A stretch of DNA of 64,000 bases from Selaginella moellendorffii (taxonomy: Eukaryota > Plantae > Lycopodiophyta), in NCBI RefSeq assembly GCF_000143415.4, contig NW_003314275.1:2523419-2587418 (forward strand), read 5' to 3'. Position 1 is the stretch's first letter. Each line of letters opens with the position of its first letter. The notes under the pieces were generated by a model. The model was not told where the DNA came from. It ran no database searches and was given only the letters and a program-made list of their open reading frames with translations. Below, piece by piece: positions 47,330-58,578 of the stretch. A program made the translations under genes and the position numbers.

Positions 47330-48817
47330 ATGCAGCTGCTCCAGCTTGATGGCTTTCATCATCTGTTACAGAAGCATATGGGATTCTTAGATCTCGATCG
47401 AAATATAAAGAGCGCTCCTCTGATTCAAACTTTGTCGGAGGATCTTGGCGGAAGAGAGGAGGTAGAAGCTTGGATGCGAGAGTACATTGCTGGGATCTTC
47501 ATTCACTACCGCCACCACCGCCCCTTAGGAGGCTACTTCTTCTTCTCACGGATCCAGACCACCTTGTTCCAATGTCCGTGAGAAATGCCATCTCCGTCTG
47601 GATTTGTTTCTAAATGGTTTTCGTTCAATTTGGATGTTGCAGCTCCAGTGATTCGCAAGGTTCACAACGATTCTGCTCTCGCTGTAAGCATCTTGATCGA
47701 TTGTCGGCGCAAAGCTTTCGATTTATCAGGATTAACGAAACTCCACGACCACGTTTTTCCTGTGTTCTCTCGCAGATCAAAGGCAGAGAAGTCGCCGGGG
47801 ATCTAAGCGGGACGTGCCTGTTTCTAGTTGGTGAGTTGACCAGTTCGGCATTTTATCTTTTTCTCTTTTTTCCACTTGCAGGGATGATGGGCTGCGGCAA
47901 AAGTACCGTCGCCAAGGATATCTCAGAGGCGCTCAGCTATGAGTTTCAAGACAGGTTGAAAACAAAATAAATAAAGGAAAAGTGTCACGTTGTTTTTTTG
48001 GTACAGTGACAAGCTTGTCGAGAAGGCCGTCGGCGCTACAGTCGCAAAGATCTTCAGCGATTCCAGCGAGGAGAAATTCCGAGCAGCGGAGGTTTGTATA
48101 GTTCGAATGTCAAGTGGCAAAACATTGAAGCCTCTTCTTCTCTATGGTATAGAGTGAAGCGCTTAATCAATTGTCCGAGACCTCCAACGTTGTGGTGGCC
48201 ACGGGCGGTGGCGCGGTTGTAAGAGACGAGAACTGGTAACATGAGTTACATCTAAGGTTTTTTTTTTTTGACTTTTTTTTTTTTGACCATGGGATGATTT
48301 TTACAGGAGGTATTTGAAGCAAGGGATCACCATTTATTTGGACGTTCCCGTGGAAGCTCTGGCACAACGCGTGGTGGCCGCTGGATTGGAAAAGCGGCCA
48401 CTTTTAGTAGCATCAGGGCCGGACAATTCGCCAGGCAACGCTCACGAACAGGTTTTTCTCGTGCTCGATTGTTTGTCATTGTTTCATTGCAAAAAAATTA
48501 TAAAAAAATATTTTCAGGCTTTGGCTCGTCTATCAAAGGTGTACGAAGAGAGGAACAAGGCCTACGAGAGGGCTGATCTTAAGATCAGCGTGGCAAGTAT
48601 GTTCATAGCTTGTTTTTTTGTTTCATTCTTACAAAACGATTGTTTGGGTCCAGAAATTGCGAGTGAGCTAGGTAGAGACTTGAACGAGCTGCCCCCATCG
48701 ATGATTGCTCTCAAGGCAAGTTAATCCCCACAAATTCCTTGTTCTTGAAAGATTTCTATAACATTGATCTCTATTCAGGTGTTAGAAGAAACGCAAAGGC
48801 TCATTAATCGCCATTGA
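47330..48817 (+). CDS. SK: Shikimate kinase paralogue 2 (start uncertain)
   Basis: IKGREVAGDLSGTCLFLVGMMGCGKSTV, DKLVEKAVG, VVATGGGAVV, YLDVPVEALAQR, KRPLL, VYEERNKAYERAD; intron positions match paralogue 1; stop at 48815-48817. Confidence 0.88.
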
Positions 48818-48954
48818 AGAGCACCCATCAAATTATTCTTGGCATATCCAATAATGGCCGTTGCATTTTTGCAATAATGGCCGTTAGATGTGAGAGATCC
48901 AGCGGTTGAGATTAAGTGAGACTAAGAAAACTCTTTTACCCCTTTGAGAATGTA

Positions 48955-51900
48955 ATGCCATGGCTCCTCCGCATTCGCAATCTATGCACTCTCGTCTCCG
49001 GCGATGCGGTCGGCGATCGCGCCCGCGATCGCGATGTCCAGCTCCTCGTCTCGCAGATCCGAGCTTGCGGCATGGCGGGGAGCCTGGCGCGGGGCAAGAG
49101 CATCCACGCCCACATCCTCCACACCCGGCCGGAGCTCTCGCGGGACCGATACCTCGCCAATTTCCTCATCCAGATGTATGGGCGATGCGGCAGCGTGGAG
49201 GACGCGCGCTCCGCCTTCGATCGCATCCAAGAACCCAACGTCTTTTCCTGGGGCGTCTTGATCGTGGCATATGCCCACAATGGGCATATGCGCGAGGCGA
49301 AGAGATCGTTTGATTCCTCGCCCCAGCGCAACGTTTTTCTCTGGAACTCGACTATCTCGGGGTTCGCACAGTGCGGCCACATCCAGGAATCGCGAGCAAT
49401 CTTTGAAAGGATCCCGGCGCGCGATGCTTGCTCGTGGAACTCGGTCGTCCAGGCGTATGCCCAGATCGGGGATCTTGCCCGGGCGAGCGAGCTGCTGGAT
49501 CGAATGCCGCAAAAGGATCTCATTTCTTGCAATGCGATGATCGCGGCCTACGCCCATGGAGGAGAAGTCTGGCGATCAAAAGAGGTTTTTGATGTGATGG
49601 AGAGGAGGGAAGTGGTGTCGTGGAACAGCCTCATGTCTGGGTTTGCACAGAACAAGTATTACAAGGAAGGAAAACTCGTGTTTGATCTCATGCCCGCGTG
49701 GAGCATCGTTTCGTGGACGGCTCTGATCCAGTTCTTTGCCAGGAACGGGAATCTCGAGGAATCAAAATATACTTTCGATAGAATGCCCGAGAGGAATCAA
49801 ACTTCGTGGAATGCAGTTATGTCGGCGTATGCGCAGAACGGGTGCTTGGAATATGCTCTAAAGATTCTCGAGAAGATGCCCGAGCAAGACGTGGTGTCCA
49901 AGAACACGCAGTTGTCAGTATATGCCCAATCGGGGCATCTAGAGAGAGTAAAAAGGCTTTTTGATTCAATGGATTGCGATAACCCTCTCACGCTAAGCAC
50001 AATTCTTCACGCGTACGGAGACGCACGTAACTTTGATGCTATGAAGAAAATATTTGAGAAGAGGTCGTACAGGAATCGAATTACGTGGACAGCCATGGTG
50101 ACGGCATACGCCTCAAATGGGCATATCCCGGAATCGAAGAGAATGTTCGACAAGATGCCCGAGCATGGAATCCTCGCTTGTAATTCCATGCTGGCTGCTT
50201 ATTCTCAGGAAGGTCATCTCAAAGAAGCCAAGGAGACATTTGATAGAATGCGCGAGCACAATGTGGTTTCGTGGACGAGCATGGTTCAAGCCTACGCTCA
50301 AAACAAGCACTTGGACGAGGCAAAAGCCACTTTCGATCAAATGCCCGACAAGGATTCCATCTCTTGGACAAACATGATCACGGCTTACACGCAGTGTGGT
50401 TGCCTGGACGAAGCTAAAGCAATGTTTGAGGATATGAGAAACCGGGGGATTTACTCGTGGACGGCCATGCTCACTGGCTATGCTCAAAGCTCCAACTTGA
50501 GTGTTGCGAGGAGAGTTTTCGATCGAGTTCCACAGCGAAATGTTGTGACTTGGAACGCGATGATCAGTGCGTACTCGCAGGGTGGTCATGTTGCTGATTC
50601 TCGTCTGCTGTTCGAGCAAATGGTGGATCGCAACATCGTGTCTTGGAACGCATTGATCTCTGGATATGCGCAAAATGGCTTCGTAGCCGAATCGAGGAAG
50701 GTTTTTGAGCTCATGCCCGAGCAGGACATGGTAACTTGGTCGAGCATGGTGGCGGCTTACGGCCAAAGTGGTCATATCGAGGAGGCCGAGCAAGTGTTTC
50801 ATCGCCTCCCGGAGCACGACACCATCTCTCTCACGACCATGGTTGCTGCTTACGGCCAAAACCTGTGCCTCGGCAAAGCAAAATGTCTTTTTGATGGGAT
50901 TCCCAGGCAGGACTTGATCGCTTGCAACGCGATGATCGCTGCCTACACCCAGAACGGCTGCCTGGAGCAAGCAAAATCCATGTTTGATCGCATGACCGTG
51001 CTGAGCTCCTTCACCTGGAACGCTATAATCTCGGCTTACGCTCACTCGGGCCAAGGCAAGGCCGCCATCGAGCTCTTCAAGCAGATGTGTCTTGGAGGCG
51101 AGCAAATGGACGAGATTTGCTTCGTGAGCGTCCTCACGGCATGTAGCCGAGTCGGGCTCCTCGGCGAGGGGCTGAAGTATTTCCTCGTCATGCGCGGCGA
51201 CTACAAACTTAAGCCGGCTGGCGAGCACTACTGCTGCATGGTCGACGTTCTTGGAAGATCCGGGCTCTTAGAAGAGGCCGAGGAGCTTATCTACGAAATG
51301 CCTTTCCTTCCAAACGTTGTGGCATGGGCGACTCTGCTGGGAGCTTGCAAGATCTATCGAGACGTGAAGCGAGCCGAGAGAGCTGTGGATAGATACTCGG
51401 AGCTCGATCCAGATAGCATCACTCCGTTCGTGCTGCTGGCCAACATTTACGCTGCTGCCGGCATGGAGGCCGAGGAAGCGAGCGTGAGAAAGAAGATCAG
51501 GGACAAGAAGGCGAAGAACTTTAGAAATCCCGGGTGGCAGAAGGTTCCCGGGATAAGTTTGATCGAGGTGGACAACCGGGTGCACAGATTCATAGCGGGC
51601 GATAACGAGCATCCCAGGATCGAGGAGATTCGCAGCGAGCTCGAGAAACTTCACTGCGCGATGAAAGAAGCTGGTTATGTTCCAGACACGCGGGAAGTTC
51701 TTCACGATGTTGACGAAGAACACAAAGAGGGGATTTTGAGTCACCACAGCGAGAAGCTGGCCATTGCGTTTGGGCTCATGTCGTTGGATGATCGTTGCAA
51801 AGAGCCAGTTCGAGTTGTCAAGAACTTGCGAGTGTGCCTGGATTGTCACACCGCTACCAAGTTTATCTCCAAGATCACGGGAAGGAGGATCATTGTCCGT

Positions 51901-51960
51901 GATGCAAACCGGTTCCACGAGTTTGACAACGGGACATGCTCGTGCCAAGATTTTTGGTAG
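48955..51960 (+). CDS. PLS-E-DYW PPR protein (candidate C-to-U RNA editing factor), single exon
   Basis: ~1000 aa; PPR array, E domains, PG box, GYVPDT, HSEKLA (HxE), KNLRVCLDCH (CxxC), ends CSCQDFW. Confidence 0.97.
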   Translation: MPWLLRIRNLCTLVSGDAVGDRARDRDVQLLVSQIRACGMAGSLARGKSIHAHILHTRPELSRDRYLANFLIQMYGRCGSVEDARSAFDRIQEPNVFSWGVLIVAYAHNGHMREAKRSFDSSPQRNVFLWNSTISGFAQCGHIQESRAIFERIPARDACSWNSVVQAYAQIGDLARASELLDRMPQKDLISCNAMIAAYAHGGEVWRSKEVFDVMERREVVSWNSLMSGFAQNKYYKEGKLVFDLMPAWSIVSWTALIQFFARNGNLEESKYTFDRMPERNQTSWNAVMSAYAQNGCLEYALKILEKMPEQDVVSKNTQLSVYAQSGHLERVKRLFDSMDCDNPLTLSTILHAYGDARNFDAMKKIFEKRSYRNRITWTAMVTAYASNGHIPESKRMFDKMPEHGILACNSMLAAYSQEGHLKEAKETFDRMREHNVVSWTSMVQAYAQNKHLDEAKATFDQMPDKDSISWTNMITAYTQCGCLDEAKAMFEDMRNRGIYSWTAMLTGYAQSSNLSVARRVFDRVPQRNVVTWNAMISAYSQGGHVADSRLLFEQMVDRNIVSWNALISGYAQNGFVAESRKVFELMPEQDMVTWSSMVAAYGQSGHIEEAEQVFHRLPEHDTISLTTMVAAYGQNLCLGKAKCLFDGIPRQDLIACNAMIAAYTQNGCLEQAKSMFDRMTVLSSFTWNAIISAYAHSGQGKAAIELFKQMCLGGEQMDEICFVSVLTACSRVGLLGEGLKYFLVMRGDYKLKPAGEHYCCMVDVLGRSGLLEEAEELIYEMPFLPNVVAWATLLGACKIYRDVKRAERAVDRYSELDPDSITPFVLLANIYAAAGMEAEEASVRKKIRDKKAKNFRNPGWQKVPGISLIEVDNRVHRFIAGDNEHPRIEEIRSELEKLHCAMKEAGYVPDTREVLHDVDEEHKEGILSHHSEKLAIAFGLMSLDDRCKEPVRVVKNLRVCLDCHTATKFISKITGRRIIVRDANRFHEFDNGTCSCQDFW

Positions 51961-53102
51961 GAATTACTAAAAGAATTCGCAATTTTACATTCGAATCTCG
52001 AAGTGTTTGAGAGCGGGTCTTTGCAACTGTGGATTACTGCTCATGAAAGACAGGATTTCTGATAATTTGTGTCGGAATATTTGTCCTTGTTAGCTTACAA
52101 TCCCTCAAGAACAGCATGATCAAAACCACGAAAAACAGGAAAAAAAAAACGATTTTTTTCTTTGCAGGATCGTCCGCACGTCCTGCAAGAACATGCCATG
52201 AAGAGAGCGCGTACTGTGGATGAAAACAAAAGCGGATCGCAGTAGAGTCATAGTGTCAGCCTTTCGTGACTTTGAGCGCTCACCAGATGTATTCCTTGAT
52301 CTAGGAGACAAAGAGCGAGTAAAACTCCATGCCAGGCGAAATTGGTCGATCGATTCATCCAAAGAGTAAATTCTCCGCCAGAGATAGAGAGAAAAAGGTC
52401 CATCCATCGATCCAAAGAGTGTAAGTCTCCCAATCTCCTTGCCGGGAATTACTGCTACAGTGTGAGACTGTATCATTCAATGCAAGCCAGCTCCGTCCAC
52501 CACCATCGCCATGAATGAAACGCTTTTCTTCCTTTGTTTATTTGTTTACCCCTTCATCATTCCCGTGGAGGAATGTGGTGGCGGTGGGAAAGAATTCCGC
52601 CCCAGAATCCCCGGTGTGGAATTCCGTGGCGGAATCGACGGGTACGATGGATTCTGGGACGGAATGTGGCTATGTGGGGACTCTTTAGCCGTTGGAAGAA
52701 GGGAGGAAGTAACATTCTTTGCCAGCGAATTATACCGCTCTCTTGGTTTTATAGGTCTGGAGGTCGTAGCAAATATTTTGTGTGTCCATTCCCGATCGAT
52801 CGATTGTTAGGGTTCTTGGAGCGCGCGCGCGCGACAGAGGGATCGTCGCGTCGGCCATCGGCGCTGCATTCGAGGTGTGTGTGTGCGTGTGTCTCCTCGC
52901 ATTCTAGTTTGGGGCTATTCTCTGGTGAATTCTTGGCTGGACAATCCAGGAGCTCGGCTTTTGTCTGTGGCATTCGATCCGTGTTGACGAGGATTCTTGC
53001 AGGAGGATGCTGCATTGCGTGGTCGAGAAGAGGATTATCTCATTCTTGTGAGCTCCTAGCTGCCGAGGGGGAAAGGCTTGCATTGATCGCTAGGATAGAG
53101 TG

Positions 53103-55041
53103 ATGGCGGTATCGAAGAGCTCTAGCGCGCTGCCACCAGAGCTTATCAGGCTTCTAGACGGCGATGACAACCAGAAAGTCCGAGCTCACACTTACTATAT
53201 CTTCAATCGGTCTACATTGCGGCATATGAGCCTTCTCAAGGCCTTCTGCCTGTTCGTTTTCCTTCTTGTGACGTAAGTTCTCTTCTTCGGGAAAATCTTC
53301 TCTACACTCTTTTTCTTTTCTTTTCAATGCAGGGCTGCTTACTTCTGGACTGGATCGTTTCCTTCTCATAACAAGCGGACGGATTACACAAATCCCGCTT
53401 GGTCGGACAAGGTCCAGAAGTCCGCAATGAAAAAGGTGCTGTCCAGTTTCTTAGCTTGGGATGCTTCTTCGTGTGCTAACAATGAGTGTGACACACAGAG
53501 AGGGGAGATGGTTGTGCTAGTCACGGGGGCAGCAGGATTTGTGGGCTCACATGTCTCGCTGGCTTTGCGAGAGCGTGGAGATGGAGTTGTAGGGCTGGAT
53601 AACTTTAACAGCTACTATCCAGTGGCGCTGAAACGGGCCCGCGCGAAGAATTTGCTCAAAGACGGAGTGTAAGTAACATGCTCATCGTGGCTATTGCTCG
53701 CTGATTTTGCCGGACAGTTTTGTCGTAGATGGGGATATAAATGATTCGGCATTGCTGGAGAGATTGTTCGCTCTTGTGAAGTTTACACATGTCTTGCATC
53801 TAGCTGCTCAGGTACGTTCGGCTCGAACTTCTTTGCAGTGAACTAAATTCGGTGGAGTGCAGGCCGGGGTTCGGTATGCTACCCACAATCCTTTGGCGTA
53901 TGTGCACAGCAATGTCAACGGTTTTGTCACATTGTTAGAACAATGCAAGGTGGAGAGCTTTAAAATGCAACGAGGTTTTGTTCTAATTATCTGTCTTGAC
54001 TTTTCTTGCAGAATAGTAATCCGCAACCAGCAATAGTTTTTGCTTCTTCGAGTAGTGTGTATGGTCTCAATGACAAAGTACGACTGTCGCATCTCAAGCC
54101 ATTTCCTGACAAAGTCCGGTGCAGGTTCCATTTTCAGAAGGGGATACCACCGACCGACCTGCAAGCCTCTACGCAGCGACGAAGGTAACAGGTTTTTCAG
54201 TCGTCTTTTCTTCTTTTGCTAATGTCCAGACGTTCTGTCTCGCAGAAGGCGGACGAGGCGCTTGCACACACGTACAATCACATATATGGCTTATCTATCA
54301 CTGCGTTGAGGTGAAGCTCACGTTCATTGACTTCATATATAATTTTTTCGACAGGTTCTTCACGGTCTATGGCCCATGGGGCCGTCCCGATATGGCGTAT
54401 TTCTCGTTCACGAGGAACATCGTGGAGGGACATGTAGGTGCCGTTGTCCGTCACTGTGAATCACGCGATCTAAACCGCTTATGTTATAACGTGTGTAGCC
54501 GATTAGAATATTTCAAGGTCCACATGGGGAGGAGTTGGCCCGCGACTTCACTTTCATCGACGACGTTGTGAAAGGCTGTGTGGCCTCTCTGGACACGGCG
54601 ACTCCAAGCACCGGCAGCGGAGGCAGGAAAAACACTGCCGCACAGCACAGAGTTTTCAACCTGGGGAATACGCATCCTGTGAAAGTCGGCACACTCGTGA
54701 GCATTTTGGAGAAACACCTCAACAAAAAGGCAATCAGACAGTAAGCGCCTTGGTGTTGAAGACTTTTATTCCTTCTCTAACTCTTTGATTGCAGCATTCA
54801 ACCGATGCCAAACACCGGAGACGTGATGTATACACATGCTAACGTGACCAAAGCACGCCTGGAGCTGGGGTGAGAATGCTTTCCCTCTGTTTGACTCACA
54901 CTCGCGTTTATTTTTTATCTCAGCTACACACCCACGACCAATCTGGAGCTTGGTCTCAAGCACTTTGTGAAATGGTACCAAAATTATTACAAGTCGGGAA
55001 GCGCGCACGAGGCCAGTATGAGCGGATACAAGCCTTACTGA
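53103..55041 (+). CDS. GAE: UDP-D-glucuronate 4-epimerase (type II membrane SDR), ~12 exons
   Basis: N-terminal TM segment; VLVTGAAGFVGSHVS..GDGVVGLDNFNSYY, HLAAQAGVRYA, ASSSSVYGLN, SLYAATKKA, RFFTVYGPWGRPDMAYF, ARDFTFIDDVVKG, FNLGNT, GDVMYTHANV. Confidence 0.95.
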
Positions 55042-55264
55042 GGCAGTTTCTAAACCATACTGTGAGTTATACCATAGTACTAATAGTGTATAGATATTGA
55101 AACTTCCAGGTGCTTATATGTATCCTAGCACCACCTCTATACTTTTTTTTTTCTGGCGGAAGGTTTCCTCAGAGTGTAATGTAACAATTCTTTTTATTCA
55201 TTCAAGTTTGCTTTTCTTCCAGTGTAGGATATTATCGGCGTAAAGATTGGCTTTATGTGAAGCT

Positions 55265-55709
55265 ATGGCGATGGCTGTGCCAGTGCTCCATAGGTTCGTT
55301 CCATTTCTTCATTCACGCTCAAGGGGTGCAGGGCCTTGCCGTTTTGGAGGACGAGATTGGGCTGCTGCTATTCACAAGCAGAGAGATGTAGTGGTCTCTT
55401 GTGCGCCTTCTTCGCCATCTCCACAGGAAGAAGCTTCAAAAAACAATCAATCTCGGGCTCTACTACCGCCGGTATTCTGTCATTCAGGCTTCGTATGCGT
55501 TCTCATGGCTTGTGTCTCAGGAGGACGCGAGGTACATTGCGAAATTGATCGCTGGATGTGTAGGTGGTGCTATTCTCATCAAGTATGGGAGCTTGATCGT
55601 TCCAGATATTGCAAGACCCAGCATTCTCCAGGCTCTGGCAATGATATTCACTCCTGTTGTGGTGAGCGTGGCTGCTTTGTGGAATGCGAGCTCTAGAAAG
55701 AAGCCATGA
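55265..55709 (+). CDS. Small plastid-targeted two-TM protein of unknown function (2 exons)
   Basis: Transit-like N-terminus (..VVVSCA); intron ~55472-55520; AKLIAGCVGGAILIKYGSLIVPDIARPSILQALAMIFTPVVV. Confidence 0.75.
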
Positions 55710-55816
55710 TAAGGTCTGTTTTGCAAAGTTCGTTTGTTCTTCTCAGACTGAGCAATCGATGTTTTTTTTTTGTAGATTTGTAAAAGAAAGTCACCAAAAA
55801 AATTCATATGTTTTGT

Positions 55817-57229
55817 TCAAGAGCTCGTGCACACTCTGGATAGAAGCACGAACGCTTCTGCATTTCCCGGGTCAAGCTCCAGCATTTGCTTCCCAGCGAC
55901 GCCACCATAGCGTCCAACTTGGTGCACGGAGCTAGCTCCCAGAAGTGCCCTCCACACGGGTCCGTGAGCCTCGAACGGCATGGTGACGCTCAGCTCCTCC
56001 GCCCGGTCCAGCTCTCCAGCTCTCGCAAGCAAGCCCACCATCGCGGAGTAGTGCTCCGGCCGAGCACTCAATCCAAAGTCACCACTCAGCGACGCAAAGA
56101 GCTGCCAGCCCCGGTGGACGAGACCGCCATAGCCGCAAGCGATAAGAGCCGCCAGGAAACACACATCGTTGCTGTCAAGCCCACTGCAATTCAGCTCCTG
56201 GAAGCTCTCGAGTCCCTGCCTCCAGGCCCCGGCCAGGACGCTAGATTCGATCAAGCAGCTCCAAGAGACCGTGCTCCGCTCGGGCATTCGGTCGAAAAAG
56301 AGTTTCGTCAAGCTCAAGCTTCCGGAAGTGACGAACGCATGCAGAAGGCCCGTCCAGGCGACGACATCCCGCTCCGGCATGGCTCGAAACGTTTCCAGCG
56401 CTTCCTCGAGGAACCCATTCCGGGCATAGGCGTGAAGCATCGACGTCCATGACTGGAGCGTCAGCTCGGGCATTTGATCGAACAAGCTCTTGGCTTCCTC
56501 AAGATGCCCGCTCAAAGCATAGGCTTGCAGCATTGTCGTCCACGACGCAACGTTATACTCCGGGAAGCTGTCAAAGATTTGCTTGGATCTGGCAAGATGC
56601 CCAAGCTCGGCATAGCAGTGGAGAAGAGCGTTCCAAGATATCAAGCTGGTCTCCGGCATCTTCTCAAAAATTTCATCACAGTTTTGGAGATTTCCAAGAC
56701 GTCCGTACATCGCGATCACTGTGTTCCACGAGACCACATCGTGCTCTGGCATGCAAACGAAGATCTCTTCGGCGAGTCTGATATGCCCAGATTCGGCATG
56801 AGCTGCAAGAAATGCGTTCCAGGAAACCATGTCAAGGACTGGCATCTCCTCTTGGAAGATTTTTGCTCCTTTGCAAATCCCAGCTCTTTCGAGAAACGAA
56901 GTGAGTATGATGTTCCACAAGACAATGCTATGCTCTGGTGCGAACTTGAGAAGCGAGTAAGCTCTCTCTAGATGCCCATTCCTGGCATATGCCGAGAGAA
57001 GGATACCCCAAGAGAAAACGTTGGGTTGGCTGATTTGATCAAAGACTTGTCTTGCCAGCTCCAGGCTCCCGCACCTTCCGTACGCATCCACAAGTAAATT
57101 AGCCAAAAACCTGTCCTGCGTGAGTGAGCTACTGGTGATTTGCTTGTGAATTTTGGAAATGTCTGCTATTGCAACGCAATTTTGGAGATGATCCGCGAGG
57201 AAAATCCTCGCTTGCTCACTCGAGCACAT
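55817..57229 (-). CDS. PLS-class PPR protein with degenerate E domain
   Basis: 470-aa ORF; DRFLANLLVDAYGRCG, SWN repeats, EHYSAMVGLLARAGEL..WRALLGA..ELDP. Confidence 0.93.
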   Translation of the reverse strand: MCSSEQARIFLADHLQNCVAIADISKIHKQITSSSLTQDRFLANLLVDAYGRCGSLELARQVFDQISQPNVFSWGILLSAYARNGHLERAYSLLKFAPEHSIVLWNIILTSFLERAGICKGAKIFQEEMPVLDMVSWNAFLAAHAESGHIRLAEEIFVCMPEHDVVSWNTVIAMYGRLGNLQNCDEIFEKMPETSLISWNALLHCYAELGHLARSKQIFDSFPEYNVASWTTMLQAYALSGHLEEAKSLFDQMPELTLQSWTSMLHAYARNGFLEEALETFRAMPERDVVAWTGLLHAFVTSGSLSLTKLFFDRMPERSTVSWSCLIESSVLAGAWRQGLESFQELNCSGLDSNDVCFLAALIACGYGGLVHRGWQLFASLSGDFGLSARPEHYSAMVGLLARAGELDRAEELSVTMPFEAHGPVWRALLGASSVHQVGRYGGVAGKQMLELDPGNAEAFVLLSRVCTSS

Positions 57230-58578
57230 TCAATGTGCTATCCTCAGATGCTTTCTTGACATTCTTGTCATCTACAATTGTGATTCTTCAAGATAAGAAT
57301 TCAAAAGAGAAGAACTACCTAGTGAAAAAATAATCAAGTATCTAGTGGAGATTTATTCGTGGGAGTAATGTTTTTTAAGGGTCTTGCAGTGCCCAACAAG
57401 TGGAGAAAAGTCGTAAAGAACACAAATCACTCAAAGGTTTTGGCGTGACAAAGCGAGGTTTTTCTTTGTGATAACGTAATTAGTTTGGAAGTTTGGGGAA
57501 TCCACGCCCCTTGCAAGCGGCGAAGGATAAGAGTCTCCTTTTACAACAGCGCTCTTGGATTTCCAGCTTCAAGGCACTTTGCGACATTCATTTGTATCCA
57601 GAGCTGCCTCATGCTTACGCCATGCGGGAGATATTATCAACAAGATGGGCATGGAGAAAAAAAGATAAAAGGTGGCGCCCAAGACGTTGAACTTCCATGT
57701 CGTTTTTACGTGTGTTATTTGGTTTGTGCCTCGTGGCGATGAATAGATGGGTGAGGTAAAGTCTACGTGTCAACAGGACAAGTGCCATCAATTCCAAGTG
57801 GGCTCTTTTGTTGCATGGCCAACTTTCAATGTGGCAGGGTGTAATTTCATCCCAATATATTTCTGAGCTAGTAGTTCGCTTTAGAAAACGTTGTTATGGA
57901 AGCAGTGGAGCAAATCATACGGGCACGGACGCACAACTTCGTCTTGCTGCCCCGGATTTTACGAATTAGTCAAAACCGTCACCTCTAGCGAGGAAACCGG
58001 CGGCTTACAATTTCACACGTTCACATGCGCGCCACGTGGTCAACAGGTAGAGAATATGCTTCCGTGCGGCGTCCGTGCGAGCGTTGTGGCGGATATAAAT
58101 CGGCCACGCGAAACCATCGCTACCGGGAAAGAAAGGAAGAAAAATCACATCGCGCATTAAATGCTTGCCCTTGAGAGGCGCTCCTCGCATGTGATCCACT
58201 CGCCCTCGACGAATCCGACTAGTTTAATCCATCAAATTCTATTCTAGCCGCGATCCATCCATTCTTGTTCCATCGATTTCCATTCCAGGCTTGCAATCTC
58301 TGCCCGCTCACGCGATCGATCCATCAGCGCTGCGAGAGATTGTCAGGGGTAGCTGGCGGTAGCTCTCAATCGCGCTCGGTTCTTGTGCGTTGCGCCAGAT
58401 TCTCACAGGCAATTTGTCAATCGTTGCAGGAAATCCCAAGAACAGGCTAGGTTCTTGGCCAGGAATTCCAAGAACAGCAAGATACTTCTCGATCTTGGCA
58501 AGACTCCAGAGATTTCGAGGAGATTTCGAGCTCCTTTCTCGATTCTCTCTCGATCTTGGCTGGAACCCAAGAATCTCG

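Noticed and set aside
50113-51948. Long antisense ORFs over the PPR genes (also over RPA1, aldolase and DUF4228)
   Set aside because: Shadow frames expected from codon bias in GC-rich coding DNA; no independent motifs.
52120-53100. Short overlapping ORFs upstream of GAE
   Set aside because: No recognisable domain; more likely promoter and 5' UTR.
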